DNA of 64,000 nt from Vitreoscilla sp. (GCA_045810285.1 JBJMWE010000281.1:3916-67915), one strand, 5' to 3'; counted from the stretch's first letter, positions 21,730 to 32,157 are shown. A program made the numbers and translations. The notes: generated by a model from the sequence alone, not told the origin.

Positions 21730-21816
21730 AGCCCGCGACCCTCCACGCCCGCGGGCGCCCTGCGCCGCGGACCGGGCGCCGAGATGCAGGCCCGCATACG
21801 TCCGCAGACAGCAACC

Positions 21817-22902
21817 ATGAGTGATTTCATGCCCAACTACAAATCTTCCCTCTGCAGGTTCAGTGCCCTCTGGCTGGCGTCGTGCCTGGCATTGAGCACG
21901 CTCGCCCACGCGACGGAACCCGCGGCTCGCGCAAAGCCTTTCGAATGGAAATCCAGCGAGCCCCTGATCCGGCCTCCGGTCGATGCCCCGCAGATCCACG
22001 GCGTCAAGGACCCCAGCATCGTCTACCACGACAACCGATACCACGTCTTCATGACCACGGCGGCGGCGACCGGCTGGGGTATCGCCTATACGAGCTTCGC
22101 GAACTGGGACGAAGCGCCGAATGCGCCCCTGTTCATGCTCGACCAGTCCCCCATCGGGCCGGGTTACCGCGCCGCGCCGCAGGTCTTCTATTTCGCGCCG
22201 CAAAAGCTCTGGTACCTGATCTACCAGGGCGGCGACCCGTTGTATTCCACGACCAGGAACCTGGCCGACCCCCGGTCATGGACGCCGCCGCAGCCCTTCT
22301 ACCCGACCATCCCGGAGAGCGTCAAGGACGCCAAGGGCAACGCGTCCTGGCTGGATTTCTGGAACATCTGCGACGACAAGAAGTGCCATCTGTTCTTCAC
22401 CAACGACAACGGCAGCTTTTTCCGTGGTGAAACGTCGATCGAGAATTTCCCTCATGGCTTCTCCGAGCCTGTCGTCGTCATGAACGACAAGCGCGAGGAC
22501 ATGTTCGAGGCGAGCAACACCTACAAGATCACCGGCACCAACCAGTTCTTGACGTTGATCGAGGCGATGGGGCCCGACGGCAGGTATTTCCGGGCCTGGA
22601 CAGCCGACCGCCTGGACGGCAAGTGGCAACCCATTCCCGGCGCCAGGATGAACATGTTCGCTGGCCCGGAAAACGTCAAGTTCAACGGCAGGACCTGGTC
22701 CGAAGGCGTGTCCCATGGCGAGATGATCCGCGACGGCTTCGACCAGACGCTGAGCATCGACCCCTGCCAGCCGCTGAAATTCCTGTACCAGGGCGCCGCT
22801 TTGGAAAAGAACAAGAAGTACGACTACATTGAAGTGCCCTATCGGCTGGGCTTGATCACCGCCACGGGCCCCAACGCCATCAGCGCGTTGTGCAGGAAAT
22901 GA
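21817..22902 (+). CDS. GH62-like alpha-L-arabinofuranosidase (non-reducing end)
   Basis: Signal peptide. Motifs HGVKDPSIVYHDNRYHVFMTTA..GWGIAYTSFANWDEA and YFAPQKLWYLIYQ resemble the GH62 propeller. Confidence 0.7.
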   Translation: MSDFMPNYKSSLCRFSALWLASCLALSTLAHATEPAARAKPFEWKSSEPLIRPPVDAPQIHGVKDPSIVYHDNRYHVFMTTAAATGWGIAYTSFANWDEAPNAPLFMLDQSPIGPGYRAAPQVFYFAPQKLWYLIYQGGDPLYSTTRNLADPRSWTPPQPFYPTIPESVKDAKGNASWLDFWNICDDKKCHLFFTNDNGSFFRGETSIENFPHGFSEPVVVMNDKREDMFEASNTYKITGTNQFLTLIEAMGPDGRYFRAWTADRLDGKWQPIPGARMNMFAGPENVKFNGRTWSEGVSHGEMIRDGFDQTLSIDPCQPLKFLYQGAALEKNKKYDYIEVPYRLGLITATGPNAISALCRK

Positions 22903-23043
22903 ATCCCCGCGCCCCGTTCCCGCATGACGCATGTCCCTGGCGCTGCGCGAACGGGTGCTGATGTCATGGGCCACCCACCGCTTGCTCTAGCTCCGACTCG
23001 TTTCAGCGCGTCTCGCCTGCGCGCGAACTTCCCGGACAGCACA

Positions 23044-24180
23044 CTAGCCGCGCAGCATTCGGAACCCGAACACCTCGCGCGGCGTCGGCAGCACGGTGCG
23101 CACCAGGTCGTGCGCCGCAGGCATGCCGCCGTCGCTATCGGTGAAGAGCGCGATCGCGTCGCCGGTGTCCGGCGCGGCCATGACGAAGGAACGGAAGCCG
23201 GGGTTGCTGCCCCAGTGCCAGAGCAGCGGCTGCGGGCCGGCGTTCGCCATGCCCCAGCCCAGGCCCCAGGCGAGGCCCGGCGCATCCGGGACAGGCACGG
23301 GCGCGGACCGGATGCTGCGCAATGTGTGCTCGTCGTTCAACAGCGCAGCGAGGAAGCGTCCATAGTCGCCGGCAGTCGTCAGCAGCGTCGTCCCGGCCAC
23401 CGGCGCGTCGAAGCGCGGCGGCGGCAGCGGGCGGCCGTCCTGGTGGTGGCCGGCCACGGGATGGAGATCGGGCGGATAGCCGCTGCTGGCCATGCCCAGC
23501 GGGCCGAACACGTCTCCGGCCATGACGCGGTCCAGCGGCGCACCGGCCAGGGCCTCGACCGCCCGCTGCAGCAAGGTGTAGCCCTCGCCCGAGTAGCGCC
23601 ACGCCACTCCAGGCTCCGCCTCGAAGACGAGCGGCGCGCGCGGCAGGTTCGGCAGGCCGGACGTGTGCTGCAGCAGCATGCGCGCGGTGACGCGGGCCAG
23701 GCGCGCATCGTCGACGCGGTCGAGATGCCCGGCACGGCGCACGAACGGGTTCGACGAGTGCTCGTAGCCGCCCGGCAGGTACCGCAGCACCGGGGCGTCG
23801 AGGTCGAGGGCGCCCTGCGCGGCCAGTTGCAGCACGGCCCACGCGAACACCGGCTTGCCGAGCGACGCGGCCTGGAACACGTCGCCCGGCATGGCCGCTT
23901 CGCCGCAGCCGGACACCGCCTCGATGCGCTGGACTTGTCGCCCGCGCACGACGACGAACGCGAGCCGGCAAAGGTGCAGTCGCGTCGCGAGCACCTGTGC
24001 GCTTGCACGCGGATCGTCGGCCACGGGTTCCTCGAATCCACGCGCCGCGCAACCGCCCAGCAACGCGAGGCCGGTGGCGGCCAGCGCACCGAGCGTGCGC
24101 CGGCGTGCGGGCGAGGCGCAGGACGCCCAATCGCCCGCGAAGGTTGCGGCGCCGCGGCGGCGCGCCTGGAAGTCCTGCAA
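23044..24180 (-). CDS. Serine hydrolase (beta-lactamase/transpeptidase-like), probable lipoprotein
   Basis: SxxK motif ASLGKPV and the LLQHTSGLP motif. TTG start at 24180 has SD GGGGAGA 6 nt upstream. N-terminus ARRRTLGALAATGLALLGGC is Tat-like with a lipobox. Confidence 0.75.
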   Translation of the reverse strand: MQDFQARRRGAATFAGDWASCASPARRRTLGALAATGLALLGGCAARGFEEPVADDPRASAQVLATRLHLCRLAFVVVRGRQVQRIEAVSGCGEAAMPGDVFQAASLGKPVFAWAVLQLAAQGALDLDAPVLRYLPGGYEHSSNPFVRRAGHLDRVDDARLARVTARMLLQHTSGLPNLPRAPLVFEAEPGVAWRYSGEGYTLLQRAVEALAGAPLDRVMAGDVFGPLGMASSGYPPDLHPVAGHHQDGRPLPPPRFDAPVAGTTLLTTAGDYGRFLAALLNDEHTLRSIRSAPVPVPDAPGLAWGLGWGMANAGPQPLLWHWGSNPGFRSFVMAAPDTGDAIALFTDSDGGMPAAHDLVRTVLPTPREVFGFRMLRG

Positions 24181-24254
24181 GGTCGTTCTCCCCTGAGCTT
24201 CGGCAGCAGTGTATTGCGGCCCCGCCCTTGCGCGCACGACGATTCGACGCGCCG

Positions 24255-27200
24255 TCACGCGGGCGCCGTGGCCGCGCCTTGATCCGGCATCGACCGGTGG
24301 TCCGTGCGGAGCCGGATCCGGAACCAGATCGAGTACATGGCGGGCAGGAACACCAGGGTGAGGATCGTTCCGGCGAACGTGCCGCCGATCAGCGTGTACG
24401 CAAGCGTTCCCCAGAAGACCGAATGGGTCAGCGGGATGAAGGCCAGGATCGCGGCCAACGCCGTCAGGATCACGGGTCGTGCACGCTGTACGGTGGCCTC
24501 GACGACCGCGCTGAAGGGATCCAGTCCCGCCTCTTCGTTGTGGCGGATCTGGCCGATCAATATCAGCGTGTTGCGCATCACGATGCCCGACAACGCGATC
24601 AAGCCCACGAGCGCGTTGATGCCGAAAGGCTTCTGGAACAGCAGCAAGGTCGGCACCACGCCGATCAGGCCGAGCGGGCTGGTCAGGAAGACCATCACCA
24701 TCGCAGAGATGGAACGCACCTGCAGGATGATGATCAGCAGCGTGGCGGCCAGCATGATCGGGAAGATCGGCAGCATGGCGACCGTCGCCTTGCCGGACTC
24801 CTCGATGGAGCCCGCCTGGTCGATGCGGTAGCCGGCGGGCAGCTTGTCCATGATGGGCTGGAGCTGGCGGGTGATGGCGACCGACACGTCCGGCGGCTGC
24901 AAGCCATCGGCGATGTCGCCTCGCACCGTGATCGTCGGCACCCTGTCGCGCCGGTGGATGACCGGATCCTCCATGCGCACGTCGACCTGGCCCACCTGCG
25001 CGAGCGGGATGCGTTGCCCGTTGGCGCCGGCGAGCGTGAAGTCGGTGATCCTGGCCGGGTCGAGCCGCACATTGCCGGCCGAGCGCGCCACCACCTGCAC
25101 GGTGCGGATGTCCTCGCGCACGGTGGTGACCGGCACCCCGCTGAGCAGGAATTGCAGTTGCTGCGCCACCGCGCTGGAGCTCAGGCCGACGGCCTGAAGG
25201 CGGTCTTGCTGCAAGGTGAAATGCAGCGTCGGCGTGCGCGTGCCCCAGTCGGAGTTGACCGTGCGCATCATCGGGCTGGCGTCCATCACCTTCTGCACCT
25301 CGGCCGCGATGTCGCGCAGCTTGTCCGGGTCGGGGCCGGCCACCCGGTAGGCCACCGGGAACGGCGAGTAAGGGCCGAACACGAGTTGGGTGACGCGCAG
25401 GCGAGCCTCCGGCGCCAGGCCGTCGGCAATGGCCTGGCGCAGCCTGCCCTTCAGCGCCTCGCGCTCTTCCTGGTCGTCCGTGCGCACCACGATCTTGGCG
25501 AATGACGGATCGGGAAGCTCCGGTCCCATCGAGAAATAGAAGCGCGGCGCGCCCTGGCCGATGTAGGCCGTGACGATCCTGGCTTCCTTCTGCCTGGCCA
25601 GCCAGGCCTCCACCTTCGCGGCGGCAGCGCTCGTCTGGTTGATCGAGGTGCCATGGGGCATCTGGACCTCGACCAGCACTTCGGGTCGGTCGGAGATCGG
25701 GAAGAACTGCTTCTTGACCACGCCCATGCCGACGATCGCGGCGACGAAGAGGCCGACGACGGCACCGGCCACCAGCCACTTGCGCGCGATGACGCGCCTG
25801 AGCAGGCCGCGAAACCGGTTGTAGCGCGGCGTGTCGTAGATCGCATCGTGACCGCCTTCGACCTTCTTGAAGTCGGGCAGCAGCTTGACGCCCAGGTAAG
25901 GCGTGAAGAAGACCGCGACCACCCACGACGCGACCAGCGCGATGCCCACGATCCAGAACATGTTGCTGGTGTACTCGCCTGCAGTGGATCGAGCAAAGCC
26001 GTTGGGCATGAAGCCGACGGCAGTGACGAGCGTGCCCGAGAGCATGGGGGCCGCGGTATGGGTCCAGGCGTACGCGGAGGCGGCGATGCGGCTGTAGCCC
26101 TCCTCCATCTTCACCACCATCATCTCGATGGCGATGATGGCGTCGTCCACCAGCAGGCCCAGCGCGAGGATCAGCGAGCCCAGCGTGATGCGGTCGAAGT
26201 TCTTGCCCGTCGCGAGCATCACGACGAAGACGACCGCGAGCGTCAATGGCACGGCCGCCGCCACCACCATGCCGACCCGCCAGCCCATGCTCAGGAAACT
26301 CACCAGCATGACGACGAGCAGCGCGACGAAGAACTTGACCATGAACTCGTCGACCGCCGACCCGATGTTGACGGCCTGGTCGGTCACCTTGGCGAGGCTC
26401 ATGCCCAAGGGCTGTCCGGCGTTGATCGCGCCGACTTCGCGGTCGAGCGCCTTGCCCAGATCGAGCCCGTTCCAGCCATCGCGCATCACGACGCCCAGCA
26501 GCAGGGCCGGCTCGCCCCCGTTGCGGATCATGAAGGTCGACGGCTCCTCGTAGCCGCGCCTGACGGTGGCGACATCCGAGAGCTTCAACGTGCGACCCTG
26601 CGCCTGCACCGGGGTGTCGCGGATCTTCTGCAGTTCGTCGAACGCGCCATCCAGGCGGATGAACACGTCCGGGCCCTTGGTTTCGATGGATCCGGCCGGC
26701 GTCAGCGCGTTCTGGCCATGGAGCGCGGCGAAGACGTCCTGCGGGCTGATGCCCAGCGTCGCCAGGCGGTCATGCGAGAACTCGACGTAGAGGCGCTCGG
26801 GCTGCTCGCCGATGATGTTGACCTTCTTGACGCCGGCCACGTGCAGCAGCCGCTGGCGCAGCGCCTCGGCGTCGCGCACCAGCACGCGCTGCGGCTCCCC
26901 CCGGGCCTTGAGCGCGAACAGCGCGAAGGTGACGTCCGCGTACTCGTCGTTGATCATCGGCCCGATCACGCCCTGCGGAAGGTTGCCCGCTTCGTCGCCG
27001 ACCTTCTTGCGCGCCTGGTAGAACTCCTCCTGCACCTGCGACGGCGGCGTGCTGTCGAGCAGCGTCAGGGTGGTGAACGCCAGGCCGGGCCGGGTGTAGG
27101 TCTCGGTGCGGTCGTACCAGCGCAGTTCCTGCAGGCGCTTCTCGAGCTTCTCGGCGACCTGGTCCTGCATCTGCTGCGCCGTGGCACCGGGCCAGACGGT

Positions 27201-27359
27201 GACGACGTTCATCACCTTGACCGTGAAGGCCGGATCCTCGGCGCGGCCCAGCTTGAGGAACGCGACCAGGCCGGCCGCCGAGATGAGGCAGATCAGGAAG
27301 AGCGTGATCGCGCGCTCGCGCACGGCGAGCGCCGACAGGTTGAAGCGGCCCTCGCTCAC
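24255..27359 (-). CDS. RND efflux transporter permease (AcrB/HAE1-like)
   Basis: 1034 aa, beginning MSEGRFNLSALAVRERAITLF.., with a 12-TM architecture and two large periplasmic loops. 4-nt overlap with the MFP gene. Confidence 0.9.
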   Translation of the reverse strand: MSEGRFNLSALAVRERAITLFLICLISAAGLVAFLKLGRAEDPAFTVKVMNVVTVWPGATAQQMQDQVAEKLEKRLQELRWYDRTETYTRPGLAFTTLTLLDSTPPSQVQEEFYQARKKVGDEAGNLPQGVIGPMINDEYADVTFALFALKARGEPQRVLVRDAEALRQRLLHVAGVKKVNIIGEQPERLYVEFSHDRLATLGISPQDVFAALHGQNALTPAGSIETKGPDVFIRLDGAFDELQKIRDTPVQAQGRTLKLSDVATVRRGYEEPSTFMIRNGGEPALLLGVVMRDGWNGLDLGKALDREVGAINAGQPLGMSLAKVTDQAVNIGSAVDEFMVKFFVALLVVMLVSFLSMGWRVGMVVAAAVPLTLAVVFVVMLATGKNFDRITLGSLILALGLLVDDAIIAIEMMVVKMEEGYSRIAASAYAWTHTAAPMLSGTLVTAVGFMPNGFARSTAGEYTSNMFWIVGIALVASWVVAVFFTPYLGVKLLPDFKKVEGGHDAIYDTPRYNRFRGLLRRVIARKWLVAGAVVGLFVAAIVGMGVVKKQFFPISDRPEVLVEVQMPHGTSINQTSAAAAKVEAWLARQKEARIVTAYIGQGAPRFYFSMGPELPDPSFAKIVVRTDDQEEREALKGRLRQAIADGLAPEARLRVTQLVFGPYSPFPVAYRVAGPDPDKLRDIAAEVQKVMDASPMMRTVNSDWGTRTPTLHFTLQQDRLQAVGLSSSAVAQQLQFLLSGVPVTTVREDIRTVQVVARSAGNVRLDPARITDFTLAGANGQRIPLAQVGQVDVRMEDPVIHRRDRVPTITVRGDIADGLQPPDVSVAITRQLQPIMDKLPAGYRIDQAGSIEESGKATVAMLPIFPIMLAATLLIIILQVRSISAMVMVFLTSPLGLIGVVPTLLLFQKPFGINALVGLIALSGIVMRNTLILIGQIRHNEEAGLDPFSAVVEATVQRARPVILTALAAILAFIPLTHSVFWGTLAYTLIGGTFAGTILTLVFLPAMYSIWFRIRLRTDHRSMPDQGAATAPA

Positions 27360-28468
27360 GGGCGTGCTCCCGCATTCGCGGCGGCGACGGCCTGGCCGGC
27401 GGTCCGGACCGACGCGCCTTCGCGCAGCAGGTGCGCGCCGAGCGCGACGATCCGATCGCCCTGCTGGAGCGCGCCGGTCACGCGCGCGCCGTCGTCATCC
27501 AGTTGCTGGACCGCGACCGGCCGCCACGACACCTTGGCCGGTTCGCCGCTGACGACCCAGACGCCGGGCCCCTTGCCGGCGTCGAACAGCGCGCCGACGG
27601 GCACTCGCAGGCCAGCTCGGGAAGCGCTCGGCGCGTCGGGGATGCGGACGGTGACCGTGCTGCCCAGCGGCGCATCGGCCAGCTCGCCGTCCAGGACGTA
27701 GCGCGCCTCGAACGTGCGGGTGAGCCGATCGGCGACGTCCGAGAGCAGTCGAAGCCGGGCCGCGACACCCACGCCATCGCCGCCGAACAGCGTCGCCTGG
27801 GCGCGCGAGCCGACCGCCGGACGCAGCGTCTCGGGCAACTGGACGACCGCCTCGCGGCGGCCGGCATGCGCCAGGCGCACCACGGCCTGCCCCGCAGTGA
27901 CGACCTGCCCCGGTTCGGCCAGCGTTTCCATGACCACGCCGTCGTCGTCCGCCAGCAGTTCGGCGTAGCGGCTCGCGTTGCGGGCCACGTCGGCTTGCGC
28001 CTCGGCCGCGCTCAATTGCGCCTTGGCCGCCTCTGCCGCGGCCTTGACCTGGTCATAGGCGGACGCCGAGATGGCGCCGGTGCCCTGCAGGTCGCGGTAG
28101 CGCGCTTCGTCCTGCGTGGCCTGCTGTGCGCGCGCACGGGCGGCGGCCACGGCCTGCAGCTGCGCGCTGGCGGCCAGCTTCAGGTCGGTGGGATCGATGC
28201 GCATGAGCGCCTGGCCACGCCTGACGGCCTGCCCCGCGTCCACCCGCCGCTCCAGCACCTTGCCCGGCACGCGGAAGCCCAGGTCGCTCTGCACGCGCGC
28301 CGCGATGACGCCGCTGAACGACCTCGTCGAGGACGTCGCGGCCTGCACGAGCGCTGTCCGCACCAGCGGTGCCTCGGTGCGGGGATCGGCATGGCGACCG
28401 TCGCCGCAGGCGGCCAGGGCGAGCAATCCGCAGGCGATGACGGAAGAAGCGAGATGGCGCCGGAGCAT
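27356..28468 (-). CDS. RND efflux periplasmic adaptor (MFP) subunit
   Basis: Lipoprotein signal VIACGLLALAAC, lipoyl/barrel motifs (GKVLERRVDAGQAVRRGQALMRID) and a coiled-coil hairpin. Confidence 0.9.
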   Translation of the reverse strand: MLRRHLASSVIACGLLALAACGDGRHADPRTEAPLVRTALVQAATSSTRSFSGVIAARVQSDLGFRVPGKVLERRVDAGQAVRRGQALMRIDPTDLKLAASAQLQAVAAARARAQQATQDEARYRDLQGTGAISASAYDQVKAAAEAAKAQLSAAEAQADVARNASRYAELLADDDGVVMETLAEPGQVVTAGQAVVRLAHAGRREAVVQLPETLRPAVGSRAQATLFGGDGVGVAARLRLLSDVADRLTRTFEARYVLDGELADAPLGSTVTVRIPDAPSASRAGLRVPVGALFDAGKGPGVWVVSGEPAKVSWRPVAVQQLDDDGARVTGALQQGDRIVALGAHLLREGASVRTAGQAVAAANAGARP

Positions 28469-28513
28469 GGAAGTCCCATCGACGAAGTGAACAGGACTTC
28501 ATTTTGAGACTAG

Positions 28514-28536
28514 TGACTATTTTAGTCAATAGTCAC
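28514..28536. promoter_or_regulatory. Candidate TetR operator upstream of the MFP-RND genes
   Basis: Perfect inverted repeat GTGACTATT-N5-AATAGTCAC in the 79-bp tetR/MFP spacer. Confidence 0.55.
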
Positions 28537-28547
28537 AGCGCGATTTC

Positions 28548-29165
28548 TCAGGGCGACAAGCTGCGCAGCACCAGGCCCGAGAGATGTGCCGGCGCCTCCG
28601 AGGTGTAGTCGAAGCTGTACTGCAACAGCAGCGGATTCATGAAGGGACGCATGACCAGGTACACGGCCAGGGCCGTCTCGTCGAGCGGCGTCTTGCGTTC
28701 GAAATCGCCGCCCTGGCGGCCCTCGCGCAGGATGTCGGCGATCAGTTCCCGCACCTGCTCGTCATAGGCGCGAACGGCCTGCCATTGCTCCGTCGCCGCC
28801 GATGCCGCGATCTCGTAGAGCTTCCGGTCCCGCGAGAACAGGCGCAGGCTCGCCTCGGTGATCGACCTGAACATCCGCCGCAGCTTCTCCGGCGGCTGGT
28901 CCGCCTGGGCGACGGCGCCGCGCACTTCCGCCAGGATCTCCTGGAGACAGTTGGCGCAGATCATTTCGCCGATGGCCTGCTTGGACTCGAAGAACTTGTA
29001 GATGTAGGCCTTGGAAAAACCGATGGCCTTGGCCAGGTCCGAGACGGCCGTCTTCTCATAGCCGTAGCGGCTGAAATGCTCGGTGGCCGCCGCCACGATC
29101 TGGCTGCGGACTTCATGGTCGGCGGGCCCGCGCGCGGGCGCGGTCGAAGAGGAGCTCGTGGTCAT
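28548..29165 (-). CDS. TetR-family transcriptional regulator
   Basis: HTH IVAAATEHFSRYGYEKTAVSDLAKAIGFSKAYIYKFFESK; 205 aa. Confidence 0.9.
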   Translation of the reverse strand: MTTSSSSTAPARGPADHEVRSQIVAAATEHFSRYGYEKTAVSDLAKAIGFSKAYIYKFFESKQAIGEMICANCLQEILAEVRGAVAQADQPPEKLRRMFRSITEASLRLFSRDRKLYEIAASAATEQWQAVRAYDEQVRELIADILREGRQGGDFERKTPLDETALAVYLVMRPFMNPLLLQYSFDYTSEAPAHLSGLVLRSLSP

Positions 29166-29203
29166 GACCTGAGCTTACAGGAGACGCAGGGACTGGACAA
29201 CTT

Positions 29204-29227
29204 GTGACTATTTGGTATTATGGTCAC
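29204..29227. promoter_or_regulatory. Second, imperfect copy of the GTGACTATT operator half-site pair
   Basis: GTGACTATT-N6-TATGGTCAC (7/9 arm match) in the divergent tetR/OMF intergenic region. Confidence 0.45.
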
Positions 29228-29254
29228 CACTGCCACCCGCCGCTGGATCCCGAC

Positions 29255-30715
29255 ATGTCGCCACAACACGCTCTCGCCCCGCTCGCCCTGGCCGCCCTCC
29301 TGGCCGGCTGTGCGGCCGGGCCCGACTACGTCCGCCCCGACGCGTCCTTCCCGACCCGATTCCAGGGCCAGGCCGCCCTCGACCAGCGAAGCGCAGCGAC
29401 CAAGGCGGCCCTGGACGGATGGTGGAAGGGCTTTGGAGACCCGCAACTCGCGCAGTTCGTCGAGCTGGCGCTCGAGCAGGACCTCGACCTGGCGCAGGCC
29501 TCGGCCCGCGTGCTCCAGGCCCGGGCGGGATTGGGGGCGGCCGACGCCGCCCTGCTGCCCTCCGGCAGCATGAGCGGCCAGGCGGCCAGCGCGTACCAGT
29601 CCGTCGAAACACCATTGGGCCAGGTCCTGAATTCGCGGCCCGGCTTCGATCGCCACGGCCACGCCTACGAGGCCGACGTCGCGGCGAGCTGGGAGATCGA
29701 CCTCTTCGGCGGCCTGCGTCGCTCACGCGAAGCAGCCATCGCCGACTACCAGGCCTCGCAAGCCGGAGCCGCCGCGGCGCGCCTGGCCGTGGCGGCCCAG
29801 ACCGCCGACATCTACATCGGCATCCGCGGCCTGCAGGCGCGGCTCGACATCGCCCGCCGCCAGGTCCAGACGCAGGAAGACCTGCTGTCGAAGGTGCGAC
29901 TGCTCCAAAGCAAGGGATTGGCCGCCGAACTCCAGGTCAGCCAGGCCGAAGGGGCACTCGCCCAGGTCCGAGCCGCGGTGCCGGCACTCGAGACCGGCCT
30001 CGAATCCGCCATGAATGCGCTCGACGTCATGCTGGGGTCGGTGCCTGGCACCCATCGGGCGGAGCTGGCAGGTCCCGGCGCCATCCCGTCCGCGCCGCGG
30101 ATCGCCGACACCGGCTCGCCCGCCGAACTCCTGCGCCGTCGACCCGACCTGATCGTCGCCGAGCGCCGGCTGGCCGCGTCGAATGCGCGCATCGGCGTCG
30201 CCGTCGCGGAGTACTACCCGAAATTCTCGCTGAGCGGCTTGATCGGCAGCGCGACATCGGCCTCCGGCGGCGACTTGTTCAGCCGCGGTGCAGACCAGGC
30301 CGCCAGCGTGCTGGGCCTGCGCTGGCGCCTGTTCGACTTCGGCCGCATCAACGCGCAGATCGACCAGGCCAAGGGCCAGAAGGCCGAGATGCTGGCCGCC
30401 TATCGGCTTGCCGCGCTGCGCGCGACCGAGGACGTGGAGGACGCCTTCTCGGCCCTGGTCAAGCGCGAAGAGCGGGCGCGCGTGCTCGCCCAGGGCGTCG
30501 ACTCGCTCGGTCGCGCGCGCGGGGCTTCGCTTGCGGCCTATCAAAAGGGCGTCGTGAGCCTGATCGAGGTGCTGCAGGCCGACGAGAACCTGCTGCGCGC
30601 CTCCGACGCCCGCGCGCAGGCGCAAGCCGAATCCGCCCTTGCGGCGGTGGCCACGTTCAAGGCGCTCGGCGGTGGATGGCAGCCCGACGAGTCCGACACG
30701 GTGGCAGTCAGGTAG
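29255..30715 (+). CDS. Efflux outer-membrane factor lipoprotein (NodT family)
   Basis: ATG 29255. Lipobox LLAGC followed by GPDYVRPD, and WWKGFGDPQL is typical of the NodT/OprM family. Confidence 0.9.
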   Translation: MSPQHALAPLALAALLAGCAAGPDYVRPDASFPTRFQGQAALDQRSAATKAALDGWWKGFGDPQLAQFVELALEQDLDLAQASARVLQARAGLGAADAALLPSGSMSGQAASAYQSVETPLGQVLNSRPGFDRHGHAYEADVAASWEIDLFGGLRRSREAAIADYQASQAGAAAARLAVAAQTADIYIGIRGLQARLDIARRQVQTQEDLLSKVRLLQSKGLAAELQVSQAEGALAQVRAAVPALETGLESAMNALDVMLGSVPGTHRAELAGPGAIPSAPRIADTGSPAELLRRRPDLIVAERRLAASNARIGVAVAEYYPKFSLSGLIGSATSASGGDLFSRGADQAASVLGLRWRLFDFGRINAQIDQAKGQKAEMLAAYRLAALRATEDVEDAFSALVKREERARVLAQGVDSLGRARGASLAAYQKGVVSLIEVLQADENLLRASDARAQAQAESALAAVATFKALGGGWQPDESDTVAVR

Positions 30716-30817
30716 CCGCCCCTCGCACGGGGCCGAACGCTTCGCCGCTCTCGACTCGCGACACCTTTCGTTCAATTCACTTTCCCTTGACGCGTGGACG
30801 CGTCGGAGACCACGACC

Positions 30818-31687
30818 ATGTCCTCATCCGATCGCGAATCCAGCATCAGGATCCCCGGCTTCGACAGCCACTTCCTCGAGCCCGCCGTGCCAGGCACCTC
30901 GGGCGAGGGCCGACTGCGCTACCTTGCCGGAGGATCGGGCGCTCCATTGGTGCTGCTGCACACCGTGCGTACCCAGGCCGAACACTTCCGGCACCTCATT
31001 CCACGCATCCAGGACCGGTACACGGTCTACGCGCTCGACCTGCCCGGCATGGGCCACTCGCAGATCGTGCCGGGCGCCTCCCGCGAAGAGCCGGCCATGC
31101 GCGCCGCCGTGAAAAGGCTCATGACGCGCCTCGACCTGCGCGACGCGACACTGGTCGGCGAGTCGATGGGCGCCGTGCTCGCCCTGACGACGGCCGCCGA
31201 CATGCCCGATCGCGTTCGAAGCGTCATGGCGATCAATCCGTACGACTACGCCGGCGGCATCAGGCGATCCGGTTTCCTGGCGCGCTTCATCATCACCGGC
31301 GTCCTCGCGCCGGGCATCGGCCCGGTGCTGGCGGGCGTCGAACCCAGGCCGATCATGCGCGCGGTGCTTCGCGGCGGACTCGGCGACAAGGCGGCCCTGC
31401 GCGAAGACTACCTGACCGAACTGCTTGAAGTAGGTCGGCGTCCCGGCTATCCGAACGTCGCCCGCGCCGTCTACGCCAGCCTCCCCAGCTACATCGCCGC
31501 CCGTTCCCGGTATGCCGAAGTCAAGGCACCGGTCCACCTCGTCTATGGCGAGAAGGACTGGTCGCGGGCGTCGGACCGGCAGGCCAACCAGGTCCTGCTT
31601 CCCGCGGCCAGGTTCACGCAGGTGGCGGACGCAGGGCATTTCATCGTTCTCGAACGACCCGACGTGCCGGCGAGCCTGCTTCCCTGA
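30818..31687 (+). CDS. Alpha/beta-fold hydrolase
   Basis: HG oxyanion context LVLLHTV, nucleophile elbow GESMG, and a C-terminal His context AGHFIVLERPD. ATG 30818 is preceded by GGAG. Confidence 0.8.
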   Translation: MSSSDRESSIRIPGFDSHFLEPAVPGTSGEGRLRYLAGGSGAPLVLLHTVRTQAEHFRHLIPRIQDRYTVYALDLPGMGHSQIVPGASREEPAMRAAVKRLMTRLDLRDATLVGESMGAVLALTTAADMPDRVRSVMAINPYDYAGGIRRSGFLARFIITGVLAPGIGPVLAGVEPRPIMRAVLRGGLGDKAALREDYLTELLEVGRRPGYPNVARAVYASLPSYIAARSRYAEVKAPVHLVYGEKDWSRASDRQANQVLLPAARFTQVADAGHFIVLERPDVPASLLP

Positions 31688-31830
31688 CCGAAAGGCGGAC
31701 TCTCGCGGCCGCACGACGGCAGCCCGTTGCCGTCCAGGTACTCACGCTGCACGCGACGTTCGACAGGGACGGCGCCGTGACCGGCGCGTCCGCGCAGGGC
31801 CGAGGACGCCGGCGACCGAACGGGGGGCGC

Positions 31831-32157
31831 TCAGTTCGCTTCGCCGATCAACACCGGGCGGCTCGCCCGCCGGTCGCCGTGCAGCCAGTGCTTCGCGTAC
31901 GCCGTCGTGAAATGGTGCGCGGCCCAGGAGGTATCGGGGGCCGCGACGGCGTCGGCCCGGGCCTGGATGGCCGGCTGCGCGTCGCGGACCGCGGCGATCA
32001 CGGGTGCCAGGCGTTGGCTCGCCGACGGCGCGAACGGCAGGCGCGGCGTGGCCAGCGTCTTCGCCTGCGGCGTCTCGCCCGGATCGAGCTCCTGCGACAT
32101 CGCGCCGAAGGCGCTGGCAGCGAGGACGGTGGCGACAAGGATCTTGTGGACTTGCAT
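31831..32157 (-). CDS. Small secreted hypothetical protein (108 aa)
   Basis: ATG 32157 with signal peptide MQVHKILVATVLAASAFGAMSQE. I recognise no family, and the SD is weak. Confidence 0.45.
   Translation of the reverse strand: MQVHKILVATVLAASAFGAMSQELDPGETPQAKTLATPRLPFAPSASQRLAPVIAAVRDAQPAIQARADAVAAPDTSWAAHHFTTAYAKHWLHGDRRASRPVLIGEAN

Noticed and set aside
29204-29254. GTG 29204 start for the outer-membrane factor gene
   Set aside because: The extension (MTIWYYGHHCHPPLDPD) overlaps the operator repeat. ATG 29255 gives a canonical lipoprotein signal with lipobox LLAGC.
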